From NCBI GenBank assembly GCA_964447905.1, contig CAYUUK010000007.1:513-64512 (forward strand): 64,000 nucleotides of DNA. The letters run 5' to 3'. Numbering within the stretch: position 1 is the stretch's first letter; every line of letters begins with the position of its first letter. The stretch comes from an uncultured Pseudomonadales bacterium. Lineage in GTDB: Bacteria; Patescibacteriota; Microgenomatia; UBA1400; UBA1396. The position numbers were made by a program, and so were the translations under genes. Positions 9,742 to 19,091 of this stretch are shown in pieces. The notes below the pieces were generated by a model. The model made no database searches. It had not been told where the DNA came from and was given only the letters and a program-made list of their open reading frames with translations.

Positions 9742-9780
9742 CACGCTTCTTGTTTTTGGACACTGTACTCTTGAGAAGTG

Positions 9781-10256
9781 CTAGGCAGCTTCTAGCGATT
9801 CAACGGTATACTCCACTTCGCCCCGCGGGGTAGAAAACAGAACTGCTTCGCCCTTTTTTTGCCGAGTACAGCTTTTCCGAGTGGACTCAGGTGTGACAGT
9901 TTCTTCTGGTTTGGATCCGATTCGTGCTCGTTGACCAGGGTGTAGGTCTGGGTTCCTCGTTCGTTTTTGAGCGTGAACGTTGCGCCGAGTTCTATGGCGT
10001 CATAATGATCTTTTTGCGCAATGACTGTACCGTGTTCTACCAGGTGGTGGAGGCGGCGAAGTTCACGCTTGATATTTCCAAGTTCGAACTTGCCGTACTT
10101 ATAGGCTCCGTTTTCTGAGAGGTCACCCATCTCACGCGCGGTAGTGACTCGTTGTTGGACTTCTTTTTTGAGTTGGAGCAACTGGCGAATGCGCTGCTTC
10201 ATGCGCTCAAACTCTTGGGCAGTGAACTGGTATTGTGGTGCGGTATGGTGCGGCAT
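9781..10256 (-). CDS. greA: Transcription elongation factor GreA, with an apparent 1-nt frameshift at 9854-9860
   Basis: AREMGDLSENGAY and SHLSPLGKAVLG. Adding one A restores GKKKGEAVLFSTPRGEVEYTVESLEAA*. Confidence 0.85.
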
Positions 10257-10282
10257 AACGAAGCTGTAGTGTAGCGTACTCT

Positions 10283-11188
10283 TTACTTTGTACCAAATGT
10301 TTCAGCAAGTATTGACCGGACTGTGGCGAGTTCATTTTTCCAGATCCAGTACTCAGCGCCCCAGAGAAGGATAGCTTCAACGTTGAGCGCTTTGGCATGC
10401 TCAAGATTTTTTCGTAACGTGTCGAGGTTCATGCTTTGCGCGTCCGGGCTACGAAAGTTCTCGCCGTTTTCTTCCCATGGTTCAGCTTGTAGCTCAGTTA
10501 TCCACACTGACGGTTCTGATTGCCGAATCATTTTTTTCAGCAGAGAATCTGGCTGGCTCGGACCGCGATACAAAGGGCGACCCAAAACAGTGGTGAGGTG
10601 CTGAGAGTAGTAGAGGTCGAGTCCGATGATGTCGGCGAGGGTGGTGGCGCGCGGCCAGAGGCCGCGCGCCACCACATCATTCCCCCAAACATTCACCACA
10701 ATCGGTCGGGAGTCTAGGGAGCGAACGAGCTCAATTTCTTGTTTCAAAAAGGCAAAAGGAATAACTTGATTGTTTGGTCCGCTCGGATCAAGCGGTTCGT
10801 TTTCAACTTGCCAGTGGGTTATACACGAATAGGATTTGAGTGCAGCGATGCTATTTTCGATGTATTTGAGAGCTCGCTCTTGAGTCGCGGCATTCGCTGG
10901 ATCTGCTAACACGTGGCTCGGGAAGTAAAACTCTGGCCACCGCGGCGACTTCATACCAAGTGAAAGCAGTATTTTTTGGGAGTGCTTTTGCGCATAGGTG
11001 AGATAGGGAGTTATTGAATCAAAGGAGTAGTTTCCTGGGCTAGGCTCAATGAGATCCCAGCGCAAGCCCAGTCGAATGATGTTGGGATGTGAGTCCACGA
11101 ACTCTTGAAACGAGGGAAGTGGTTCTAGTCCAAGCCACTCTGCTTGTTGTGGAGAAAAAGTCCAACCGATATGTGGTCTTTTTGGCAT
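10283..11188 (-). CDS. Clan GH-A glycoside hydrolase (GH5/GH42-like)
   Basis: RWDLIEP..G.Y.FD, WQVENEP (acid/base) and [10 protein letters not shown] (nucleophile). Confidence 0.75.
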   Translation of the reverse strand: MPKRPHIGWTFSPQQAEWLGLEPLPSFQEFVDSHPNIIRLGLRWDLIEPSPGNYSFDSITPYLTYAQKHSQKILLSLGMKSPRWPEFYFPSHVLADPANAATQERALKYIENSIAALKSYSCITHWQVENEPLDPSGPNNQVIPFAFLKQEIELVRSLDSRPIVVNVWGNDVVARGLWPRATTLADIIGLDLYYSQHLTTVLGRPLYRGPSQPDSLLKKMIRQSEPSVWITELQAEPWEENGENFRSPDAQSMNLDTLRKNLEHAKALNVEAILLWGAEYWIWKNELATVRSILAETFGTK

Positions 11189-11215
11189 ATGTGCATCATA
11201 GCGTACACTGGCAGT

Positions 11216-11503
11216 ATGAAATGGTCTGTTTACATACTGCGGTGTGCGGATAACTCGCTGTACACCGGCTGCACCAACAATCTAGAAGAACGGCTGAAGA
11301 AACATAATGCTGGTCAGGGAGCAAAGTACACCCGGAGCCGACTGCCCGTATCTCTGGTGTATGCAGAAAAAAGTACAGATCGTTCGGCGGCATCGATTCG
11401 TGAGGCGGAGATCAAAAAGTACTCTCGCCAACAAAAAGAACAATTAGTGAGTGCCTCCGCTGATGCTCCTGAAGCGATGGTTTATACTACACAAAATACA
11501 TAA
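11216..11503 (+). CDS. GIY-YIG nuclease family protein (UPF0213/YazA-like)
   Basis: [37 protein letters not shown]. Confidence 0.9.
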   Translation: MKWSVYILRCADNSLYTGCTNNLEERLKKHNAGQGAKYTRSRLPVSLVYAEKSTDRSAASIREAEIKKYSRQQKEQLVSASADAPEAMVYTTQNT

Positions 11504-11513
11504 AGGACACACG

Positions 11514-12281
11514 ATGTTACCATTTTTTCTGTTTTTATTGATTGGAGTGGCCACCATTGCCCTGGCTTCTATTAAGCAAATAAATCACTACGAGCGTGGT
11601 GTGGTGTATACCATGGGAAAGTATGCCGGTATGTTGAACCCGGGGTGGCATATCGTTTGGCCTATTTTTCAGGCAATGCAAAAAGTGGATATGCGTACCA
11701 AAGCGGTGGATGTACCTAAGCAAGAAACGATCACCAAAGATAATGTGTCTTGCAAAATGAATGCGGTTATTTACTACAAAGTGTCCGAGGCGGATAAGAC
11801 CATTAACGAAGTGGAAAATGTGTTTTATGCGGTGTCACAGTTGGCACAAACTACTATGCGGCGTATTGCTGGTGAAGCTACGTTAGATGAATTACTTTCT
11901 AATCGCGAAAAAATTGCCAATGAAATTTTACGCACCATTGATCCAATCACAGACGAGTGGGGTATCGATGTGGAAACAGTTGAGTTGAAAGACATTGAAT
12001 TGCCTGAGTCGATGATTCGTACTATGGCAAAACAAGCTGAGGCGGAGCGTGAGAAGCGGGCCACGATTATCAGCTCCGAAGGTGAGGTGCAAGCCGCCAA
12101 TAATCTCTCACAAGCAGCGCAAGTGATGATGTCTAGCCCGGGCGCTCTACACTTGCGTACGCTCAACTCGATTAATGATATTTCTTCAGATCAGTCAAAC
12201 ACGGTAGTGTTTGCCGTTCCGCTCGAGGTGCTCCGTGCAGTCGAGGGAATTTCAGAGATGTGGCAAGGAAAGCAGCGCTGA
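11514..12281 (+). CDS. SPFH/Band 7 stomatin-like protein
   Basis: VDVPKQETITKDNV, LAQTTMR, QAEAEREKRA, ALHLRTL; AAGGA SD. Confidence 0.9.
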   Translation: MLPFFLFLLIGVATIALASIKQINHYERGVVYTMGKYAGMLNPGWHIVWPIFQAMQKVDMRTKAVDVPKQETITKDNVSCKMNAVIYYKVSEADKTINEVENVFYAVSQLAQTTMRRIAGEATLDELLSNREKIANEILRTIDPITDEWGIDVETVELKDIELPESMIRTMAKQAEAEREKRATIISSEGEVQAANNLSQAAQVMMSSPGALHLRTLNSINDISSDQSNTVVFAVPLEVLRAVEGISEMWQGKQR

Positions 12282-12298
12282 CTTTTTACGAAGGAAGG

Positions 12299-13348
12299 TT
12301 ATTTCCCGGTGATCAACACGGCGAACCCAGCGTTGGCAGCCGTACAGGCGTAGGGAAACTCTCGGCTTTGAATGAGTGCTTTGTGGCCGAGGCTTTGGTC
12401 CCAACCCCACTCGACTGCTTGCACTGCTGTCTCATATCCTGCTGCTAAGTTTTCGTTTATGCTTGTCCAAGTTGGGTTGTCCTCAAAGAACTGGTCAGCG
12501 CGGGCATCAAACCCATCGTGATTATCCAGGCGGCCAAGGGCGAGTTGCTCGTTTACGCGAATGCTCGCCACGGTACACAGTTGATTTGACTGCTGGAACT
12601 CCGGCAGTCCGTGAGCCCGGCGATAGGTTTGCACTGCGGACCATAAGTCTTCGCCGGTATAGGTTGGTGCTCGAGTACTGGCTTGTGTTGGTGCACTGGG
12701 AGCCAACTGCTCGGAAGGGAACTCACTGGCCAAAATGATGGTCAAAATGGTGCCGGGAACACCTTCAAGCATTGCCGAGCGAGTAGCAACTCCAAGTTCT
12801 GTGAGTGCAGTGTTGGTGATACTCTCCTCCTGACTGAGCTCATCAGAGAGAGAAAATCTTCCGCGATTTGGCGCAAACAAGGAAAGGATTTCCACCTTTT
12901 GCGGCGGATTCGTAGTAAGACTGTCCAGTATTTCTTGGGAGTTTGACACACTCAGTTCGCCACGGTCTTCGATTTCGAGGGTGAGTAAGCGGGCAAATTT
13001 TTCGAGTGTATTGTTTGCTGAAGCGCTGGCAACTTCAGACTCGAGTCGAATTTGTGCAATTGTCTCGGACGCGACAGCTGCGCTGTATGTTTGTTTTTCC
13101 TCTAGTGGTTGTCCGGAACTGTTTCGATAGCTTGCCAAGTGGGGAGTACTCAACTCCTGTACCCAGGTTTGAAAAGGCTGAATCAGCTGTTGAGATGTGG
13201 AGGAAACAGCCCCAATTTTATCTTGCGTGACCAGGAGCGCAAAAACTGCGGCACTTCCGACCACCACGAGCCCGGCTGAAGTAATGAAGGATCGCCAGGA
13301 AGGGAGTTTCATGATTGGGGTTCTATGGAGTCGACGAGGTTTGCGCAT
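12299..13348 (-). CDS. CAP (SCP-like) domain protein with N-terminal anchor
   Basis: C-terminal YRRAHGL, HDGF, ENLAAG and WDQSLGH motifs. Confidence 0.75.
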   Translation of the reverse strand: MRKPRRLHRTPIMKLPSWRSFITSAGLVVVGSAAVFALLVTQDKIGAVSSTSQQLIQPFQTWVQELSTPHLASYRNSSGQPLEEKQTYSAAVASETIAQIRLESEVASASANNTLEKFARLLTLEIEDRGELSVSNSQEILDSLTTNPPQKVEILSLFAPNRGRFSLSDELSQEESITNTALTELGVATRSAMLEGVPGTILTIILASEFPSEQLAPSAPTQASTRAPTYTGEDLWSAVQTYRRAHGLPEFQQSNQLCTVASIRVNEQLALGRLDNHDGFDARADQFFEDNPTWTSINENLAAGYETAVQAVEWGWDQSLGHKALIQSREFPYACTAANAGFAVLITGK

Positions 13349-14180
13349 TCGTTTGTTTCAGAGCTTGGTTCAGTTTATCGTTGTTGAGAATCAGGCTCGG
13401 AGCGTACGGGCGATCAGCTGTTTCGTTGTAGGTGTGAACGCTGCTTTGTTGGAGCGTTTGGGTGAGTCCGAGTGAATCACGGATTTCTTCAGCGAGCGAG
13501 AAGTCAGAGTACACGGTGTCGCTCGTGGCGTGAAAAATACCGGTTGGTTGGTGCTCAATCGCCCATCTGATAACTTCAGCAAACCACTCAATTGGAGTGA
13601 GGGTGAAAAAGTGATCGGAAAAGAACGGGCCAGTTTTTCCGGCCTGAAGCGCTTGCGCAATCTTGTGCCAGATGTCTGGTTTGGCAAATTCATCCTGTCG
13701 GTACGGAAAATTAATTCGAAAAATAGTGGCGGTGGGAATGACTTCGGCGATGACTTTTTCTGCGGCTAACTTTGTTTCCGCATACCAGTCAATAGGGTTG
13801 GTGGCATCGGTTTCGAGGTAGGCGGTTTCTTTGGTTCCGTCGAAAACGTATCCTGTGGAGAGGTGAATGAGGTGTACTCCATGACGAGCACACGCTTCCG
13901 CAATATTGCGGGTGCCTTCCACATTCACTTGGTAGACCACTCCAGATGTGTCACCGGCTTCTTTTTGGGCGGTGTTGAGATCTGTGAACGCGGCCAAGTG
14001 GAGCAGTGTCTTGGCAGGAGAGCGCGCAATAATGTCCTCAATCTGGTTGGCATCGAGGATATCGATTCCTTCGGTGCGGTCTAGATTGATGAATGCGTAC
14101 TCATCACTGAGCATCTCAACAATTTTCGTGCCAACGAGACCGGAAAGTCCGGTGCCGAGTACTGGTTTCTTTTCAGCCAT
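13323..14180 (-). CDS. rmlD: dTDP-4-dehydrorhamnose reductase
   Basis: TGLSGLVG, HLAAFT, HLSTGYVFDG, YAETK; adjacent to rmlC and rmlB. Confidence 0.85.
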   Translation of the reverse strand: MAEKKPVLGTGLSGLVGTKIVEMLSDEYAFINLDRTEGIDILDANQIEDIIARSPAKTLLHLAAFTDLNTAQKEAGDTSGVVYQVNVEGTRNIAEACARHGVHLIHLSTGYVFDGTKETAYLETDATNPIDWYAETKLAAEKVIAEVIPTATIFRINFPYRQDEFAKPDIWHKIAQALQAGKTGPFFSDHFFTLTPIEWFAEVIRWAIEHQPTGIFHATSDTVYSDFSLAEEIRDSLGLTQTLQQSSVHTYNETADRPYAPSLILNNDKLNQALKQTNAQTSSTP

Positions 14181-14201
14181 TCTTTGCCTACTTTCTCTTC
14201 T

Positions 14202-14732
14202 TTAGCCCTTGGTTACTTCCCACATTTCTGGACCAAAGAAGTCCCAGGGGAGTCGACCTTCGTCAGGATCTTCGGCATTAAATTGATTCGTGACAAAGTA
14301 GAAAAGACTCTGTGGCTCGTGCCAAGGATTACTCCCACCATGTGCTACTCCCGCGGGAATGCGCAAGAGGGTATTGCTATAGCCACCCAAGATGAGACGC
14401 ATGTGATTATTTTTTGTCGGAGAGTCTTCGCGGACGTCTACTAAGTTGACGAGAATGCGGTTGTAAGGAGGCACATACCAAAGATCTTCTTGATTTCTAT
14501 GGATATGAAAGGCCTTAATCACGCCTGGTAAAACAAGCGACAGGCTGGCCTGTCGTACCTCGAAGTTTTCCAGTCCTTCTACAAAACCATCAGTGAGTCG
14601 GACAATTTCGGTAAAATTTCCCGAGTCATCACGAAAGAGCGGTTGAGTAATAACATCTACACCCGCAATTTGGCTTTTTTCCGTGTAGCCCTGAGTGGTT
14701 ATCGCTGGTTGGTATTCTTGAGCAATTTGCAT
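14202..14732 (-). CDS. rmlC: dTDP-4-dehydrorhamnose 3,5-epimerase
   Basis: DDSGNFTE, GVIKAFHIH, VDVREDSPT, IPAGVAHG. Confidence 0.85.
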   Translation of the reverse strand: MQIAQEYQPAITTQGYTEKSQIAGVDVITQPLFRDDSGNFTEIVRLTDGFVEGLENFEVRQASLSLVLPGVIKAFHIHRNQEDLWYVPPYNRILVNLVDVREDSPTKNNHMRLILGGYSNTLLRIPAGVAHGGSNPWHEPQSLFYFVTNQFNAEDPDEGRLPWDFFGPEMWEVTKG

Positions 14733-14733
14733 G

Positions 14734-15747
14734 TTATTGGTCTCCGTACTGTTTTTTATAGTAATCCTGATAGTTACCAGACTTCACTCGTCGCCACCAG
14801 TCTTCATTTTCTCGATACCAGGTAATTGTTTTTTGCAGTCCTTCCTCGAGGGTGACCGAAGGTTCCCAGCCGAGATCAGCCTGGGTGGTGCTCCAGTCAA
14901 CTGCATAGCGGCGATCGTGACCAGGTCGGTCTTTGACATAGGTAATGAGCGATTCATCGGCACCCATGAGCTCTAGCAGCATTTTGACTACATCAATGTT
15001 TGCGATGTCTTCACTCATTCCACCAACTAGATAGGTATGGTTTTCTTCACCATGAAGCAGCACTGCTTCAATAGCGCGGCAGTGGTCTTCTACGTAGAGC
15101 CAGTCACGCACATTCAAACCATCGCCATACACGGGCACCGGTTGATTGTCCATGATATTAGTAATGACCAGCGGGATGAGTTTTTCTGGGAAATGGTACG
15201 GACCGTAGTTGTTGGAACAATTGGTCATGGTCCATGGTAGTCCATACGTTTCACCGTACGCTCGTACGAAGTGGTCGCTACTGGCTTTACTGGCTGAATA
15301 GGGGCTGCGAGGATCGTAGTGAGTATTTGGGGTGAATTTCTCTTCTGATCCCAGTTCAAGTGAGCCAAAGACCTCATCGGTAGAGATGTGATGAAAGCGC
15401 TGTACTTCTAGCTCGCGGGCGGCTTCCAATAGCACTTGTGTGCCGACAACGTTTGTTGTCACAAAGGCAGAAGGGTCAAGAATGGAACGATCTACGTGCG
15501 ACTCGGCTGCAAAGTGGACAACCATATGTGCTCCAGCCATAGCTTCACGAACCGCTTCAGGATCACGGATGTCCCCTTTGATAAAGGTATAGTTTTCTTC
15601 GTTCTCTAGGCCGGAAAGGTTTTCGAGATTGCCTGCGTAGGTAAGTAAGTCAAAGTTAACAATATGATCTTCTGGATGGTGTGTATGCCAATAACGAACA
15701 AAATTTGATCCAATAAACCCGGCTCCGCCGGTAACAAAAAGTTTCAT
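14734..15747 (-). CDS. rmlB: dTDP-glucose 4,6-dehydratase
   Basis: VTGGAGFIGSNF, HFAAESHVDRSI, HISTDEV, SPYSASKA, DRPGHDRRY. Confidence 0.95.
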   Translation of the reverse strand: MKLFVTGGAGFIGSNFVRYWHTHHPEDHIVNFDLLTYAGNLENLSGLENEENYTFIKGDIRDPEAVREAMAGAHMVVHFAAESHVDRSILDPSAFVTTNVVGTQVLLEAARELEVQRFHHISTDEVFGSLELGSEEKFTPNTHYDPRSPYSASKASSDHFVRAYGETYGLPWTMTNCSNNYGPYHFPEKLIPLVITNIMDNQPVPVYGDGLNVRDWLYVEDHCRAIEAVLLHGEENHTYLVGGMSEDIANIDVVKMLLELMGADESLITYVKDRPGHDRRYAVDWSTTQADLGWEPSVTLEEGLQKTITWYRENEDWWRRVKSGNYQDYYKKQYGDQ

Positions 15748-15782
15748 GTGTGCCCTCTCTGTGCTCTCTATTGTACTGGTTT

Positions 15783-16022
15783 TTACGTGTTTTGTGCCTG
15801 TTCTAGCAAGAGAACAGTTTTTTCATTGAAACGTTCTCCTTTGGAGAGTATGAGGTCTGACGGGCGAACATGCAAGTGCTTCGCCAGGGCTTTGAGCATA
15901 GCTTTATTGGCTTTGCCTTTTTGCGCAGGTTGGGTAACATAGACTCTAAAGCTGGTTGGAGACTGCGCTTCTACACGTTCGCGCTTTGCTTGAGGAACGA
16001 CCATGATGGATAATACTTTCAT
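15783..16022 (-). CDS. DUF167/YggU family protein
   Basis: V.PQAK...VYVTQPAQKGKANKA...LSKGERFNEK. Confidence 0.85.
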   Translation of the reverse strand: MKVLSIMVVPQAKRERVEAQSPTSFRVYVTQPAQKGKANKAMLKALAKHLHVRPSDLILSKGERFNEKTVLLLEQAQNT

Positions 16023-16067
16023 ACTGGTATTGTACAAAATGAAGTTTCCGGCCATAATGCACAACTT

Positions 16068-17237
16068 ATGAGTTCTATGCCTGACACCACAACAGCCTCA
16101 CTTCCAGAATTAGCGGTCATTATTGTTTCCTATAACACAGCGGCGTTAACACAGAAATGTCTCGACGCTGTACTGCAGTCCACTGGAGTTCGCTTGCAAG
16201 TGTTTGTTGTTGATAACTGTTCCACTGATCGAACTTTGACCCAACTGCGCCGTAAGTACAGTTTACGCTCCAGTAAAAAGCGGTGGGAGGAGTGGCAAGA
16301 GAAACTGCATAGCCCCAGCGTTAAGGATCTTTTTCCGAGTGTGAAAGTCGATGTTACGGCTGTGCCGCGCATCTATACTGCCGCATACCAAGCAGATGTT
16401 TCAGTCAGCAAGAAGCGGAAACAGAGCCATGAACCACAGATCGTCGAGCACGATATTGTGCTCTTGCCTTCGGAAAGAAATCTTGGGTTTGGTCGGGCAA
16501 ACAATCTGGCAGCAGCGAGCACGAATGCCGAGTACATCTTCTTTTTGAACTCAGACGCATTTGTTGAGCCTAAAACGATTTTAGCACTCGTAAAGCAGTT
16601 TCGGAAGCGACCGGGCAAGTCAACTGCCGTACTTGCCTCCATGAAAAATGCTCTTGATAATGTTGGCATTATTGCTGCAGAGCTGCACAATGAAGACGGT
16701 ACGTTGCAACGCCAAGGTGGAAGTTTGCCGACCAACTGGAATGTTTTTCTCTGGGCAACTTTTCTAGATGATGCGCCCGTGCTGAATCGTCTCAAGGCTT
16801 ACCAGCATCATGATCATGATATGCGGTGGTATCACCGTCGCCCACTTTCAAAAGTTGGCTGGGTGGGCGGTACGGCTCTAATGATTTCTCGCCAGTGTAT
16901 CGATGAAGTCGGTGGATTTGATGGTGAAATATTTATGTATGGGGAAGATATCGATCTCTGTTGGCGAGCAACGATGCGTCACTGGGATGTCGCGTTAAGC
17001 TCCAAGGCTCGAGTCACTCACCTCGGATCGGCCAGTGCTGGTCACAAAGCAGCGATTTTGGGAGAAATTTCTGGATTGCTGTATATGTGGCAAAAACACA
17101 GATCACCTCTGGATCTATGGCTTTTGAAGCGCATTTTACTTATTGGTCTCGTTTTCCGTACGATAATTTTTGGTATACTGCGACGGTATGGTCAGCAACG
17201 CATTTATCAGGAAGCTTTGGACATGGTTCGACAATAA
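16068..17237 (+). CDS. GT2 glycosyltransferase (WbbL-like) with an internal insertion
   Basis: IIVSYN, VVDNCSTD, NLGFGRANN, FLNSD, FMYGEDIDLC. Confidence 0.85.
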   Translation: MSSMPDTTTASLPELAVIIVSYNTAALTQKCLDAVLQSTGVRLQVFVVDNCSTDRTLTQLRRKYSLRSSKKRWEEWQEKLHSPSVKDLFPSVKVDVTAVPRIYTAAYQADVSVSKKRKQSHEPQIVEHDIVLLPSERNLGFGRANNLAAASTNAEYIFFLNSDAFVEPKTILALVKQFRKRPGKSTAVLASMKNALDNVGIIAAELHNEDGTLQRQGGSLPTNWNVFLWATFLDDAPVLNRLKAYQHHDHDMRWYHRRPLSKVGWVGGTALMISRQCIDEVGGFDGEIFMYGEDIDLCWRATMRHWDVALSSKARVTHLGSASAGHKAAILGEISGLLYMWQKHRSPLDLWLLKRILLIGLVFRTIIFGILRRYGQQRIYQEALDMVRQ

Positions 17238-19089
17238 CTTTTTATTGATCGCCACCGCTTTCTTCATCGCCTTCATTACACTGTATCCAAAGATCCCTCT
17301 CGGTGAGATTATTCCTGGGTACATTGTTCGTGTTCGATTAGAAGACTTTTTTGTACTTTTTGTGTTTTTGTGGTGGGGCTTGCAGGTGCTGCGCAAAAAA
17401 GTCCACTGGCGAACGCCGTTGACACTGTTTATTGCTTTGTATCTAGGAGTAGGTCTTCTTTCGAACATCCTGGGTGTGATTCTCACGCAAACAATTCCGG
17501 CTGAGGTATTGCATTTTGGGAAGTCTTCGCTCCACTGGATGCGACATATTCAGTATTTCTCTTTGTTCTTTATTGGGTACTCAGCAGTGAAAACTCGTCG
17601 CGATGCCGCCATTTTATTTGGTGTGGCTGGCTTAACTTTGTTGGCTGTCGTTTTCTATGGATACGGTCAGAAGTATTGGTATTGGCCGGTGTACTCAACG
17701 ATGAATCGAGAGTTTAGTAAAGGCGTTCGCTTGTATCTTGGTCCGTTTGCGCGCGTACAGTCCACGTTTGCTGGACACTATGATCTTGGTGCGTATCTCG
17801 CATTCATCTTGCCGATGGTTTTGGCGTTCTTCTTCATGTTAGGACAAAAATATACCCAAGCGGAAAAGTGGTTGCGCGGTCGCTGGAGATCGATCCTCTA
17901 TGGTTTGACTGGGTTTGCTTGGATTGCCGGTTTGTGGCTGCTCGTAATGTCTGGAGCACGTTCTTCGTTTGGAGGATACGTGATTGGTATTGGCTTTGTG
18001 ATTTTGCTGTTTGCTTTACGCCGTCGTTCCGTGTGGTGGTTCCTTTCGCGCGGGTTTGTTGTGTATGTAATCAGTGCTCTCTTTGTCCTGTTTGTTGGTG
18101 ACTTAAGTAGTCGCTATATTCAACTGATTGATAAAAACAAGTATCCGCAAGTGCATGCGGCGTATGAAAGCTGGGAAAACTTTAAAGAAGATCCTGGTTC
18201 GGTTATTACTTTCCGTTGGCCGTTTGGGGATAAAGAGTTAGCCGACAGTGGCAAACGACAACCTCCACAAGGAGCAAAGTCAGTTGAAGAGCTGGAAGCC
18301 GAGCTGAATAAGCAAGGGCTGACGGTTACCGATACGCAACCAACCACCGAGCGACCTTCAGATGTGTTTGCTGATGTACCAGAAAAAGAGTTTGATCTCG
18401 ACGATCCAGCCGCTACTATGGCTGGTGATCTTGTGCAAAAGGGCGATAAGCTGGTAAAAGAGCGCACGTACTCAGAATGTTCTGTTGAGCGGAGTTTGTC
18501 TCTTTGTATTCGTCTTGAAACACTGTGGCCGCGTGCCCTGCAAGGGTTTTATAACAACCCACTCTTTGGTTCTGGATACGCAACTCTCACCAAAGAAACA
18601 GTTGGACAATTTACCGAAGCAGAAAGTACCGATAATAACTATCTGAGAACCCTCGGTGAAAATGGTGCGCTCGGCTTCTTCTTCTACTACGGCACCATGG
18701 GACTGGTACTCTGGTACGCATATCGAGCCTATCGCATGAGTGCTGATCCGCTGCACACGGCAGTAGCAGTTGGTTTGCTGAGTGGATTGATTGCTCTCAT
18801 GATTAATGGTACCTATATTGACGTTTTCGTTGCATCTAAAGTGGCATATACCCTCTGGATTATGGTCGGTGTGGCGTTGGCGCTCTTTGTGAAAGATGGA
18901 GTGGTGGCGCAACGCTTTGCCTTTGAGCGGCAAGAAAAGGCGGAAAAAACATCCGAACTTTCCGTGCTGTTGCAGAAGGTAGAAGACTCCGCAGAGGCCC
19001 GCCACGGTGGTGAGAAAGGCTACCTCTCTAAGCAGAAACGGCGCCAAAAGAGCACGAAGAAGAAAAAATCAGTGCAGAGAAAGAAGTAA
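17188..19089 (+). CDS. O-antigen ligase/O-OTase (Wzy_C)-like polytopic membrane protein
   Basis: Many TMs; RVQSTFAGH, SGARSS, IRLETLW, NPLFGSG, DNNYLRTLGENG. Confidence 0.8.
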   Translation: MVSNAFIRKLWTWFDNNFLLIATAFFIAFITLYPKIPLGEIIPGYIVRVRLEDFFVLFVFLWWGLQVLRKKVHWRTPLTLFIALYLGVGLLSNILGVILTQTIPAEVLHFGKSSLHWMRHIQYFSLFFIGYSAVKTRRDAAILFGVAGLTLLAVVFYGYGQKYWYWPVYSTMNREFSKGVRLYLGPFARVQSTFAGHYDLGAYLAFILPMVLAFFFMLGQKYTQAEKWLRGRWRSILYGLTGFAWIAGLWLLVMSGARSSFGGYVIGIGFVILLFALRRRSVWWFLSRGFVVYVISALFVLFVGDLSSRYIQLIDKNKYPQVHAAYESWENFKEDPGSVITFRWPFGDKELADSGKRQPPQGAKSVEELEAELNKQGLTVTDTQPTTERPSDVFADVPEKEFDLDDPAATMAGDLVQKGDKLVKERTYSECSVERSLSLCIRLETLWPRALQGFYNNPLFGSGYATLTKETVGQFTEAESTDNNYLRTLGENGALGFFFYYGTMGLVLWYAYRAYRMSADPLHTAVAVGLLSGLIALMINGTYIDVFVASKVAYTLWIMVGVALALFVKDGVVAQRFAFERQEKAEKTSELSVLLQKVEDSAEARHGGEKGYLSKQKRRQKSTKKKKSVQRKK

Positions 19090-19091
19090 TT

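Noticed and set aside
11216-11503. GIY-YIG protein as a homing endonuclease or mobile element
   Set aside because: It is the short stand-alone UPF0213 type, with no intron or DNA-binding extension.
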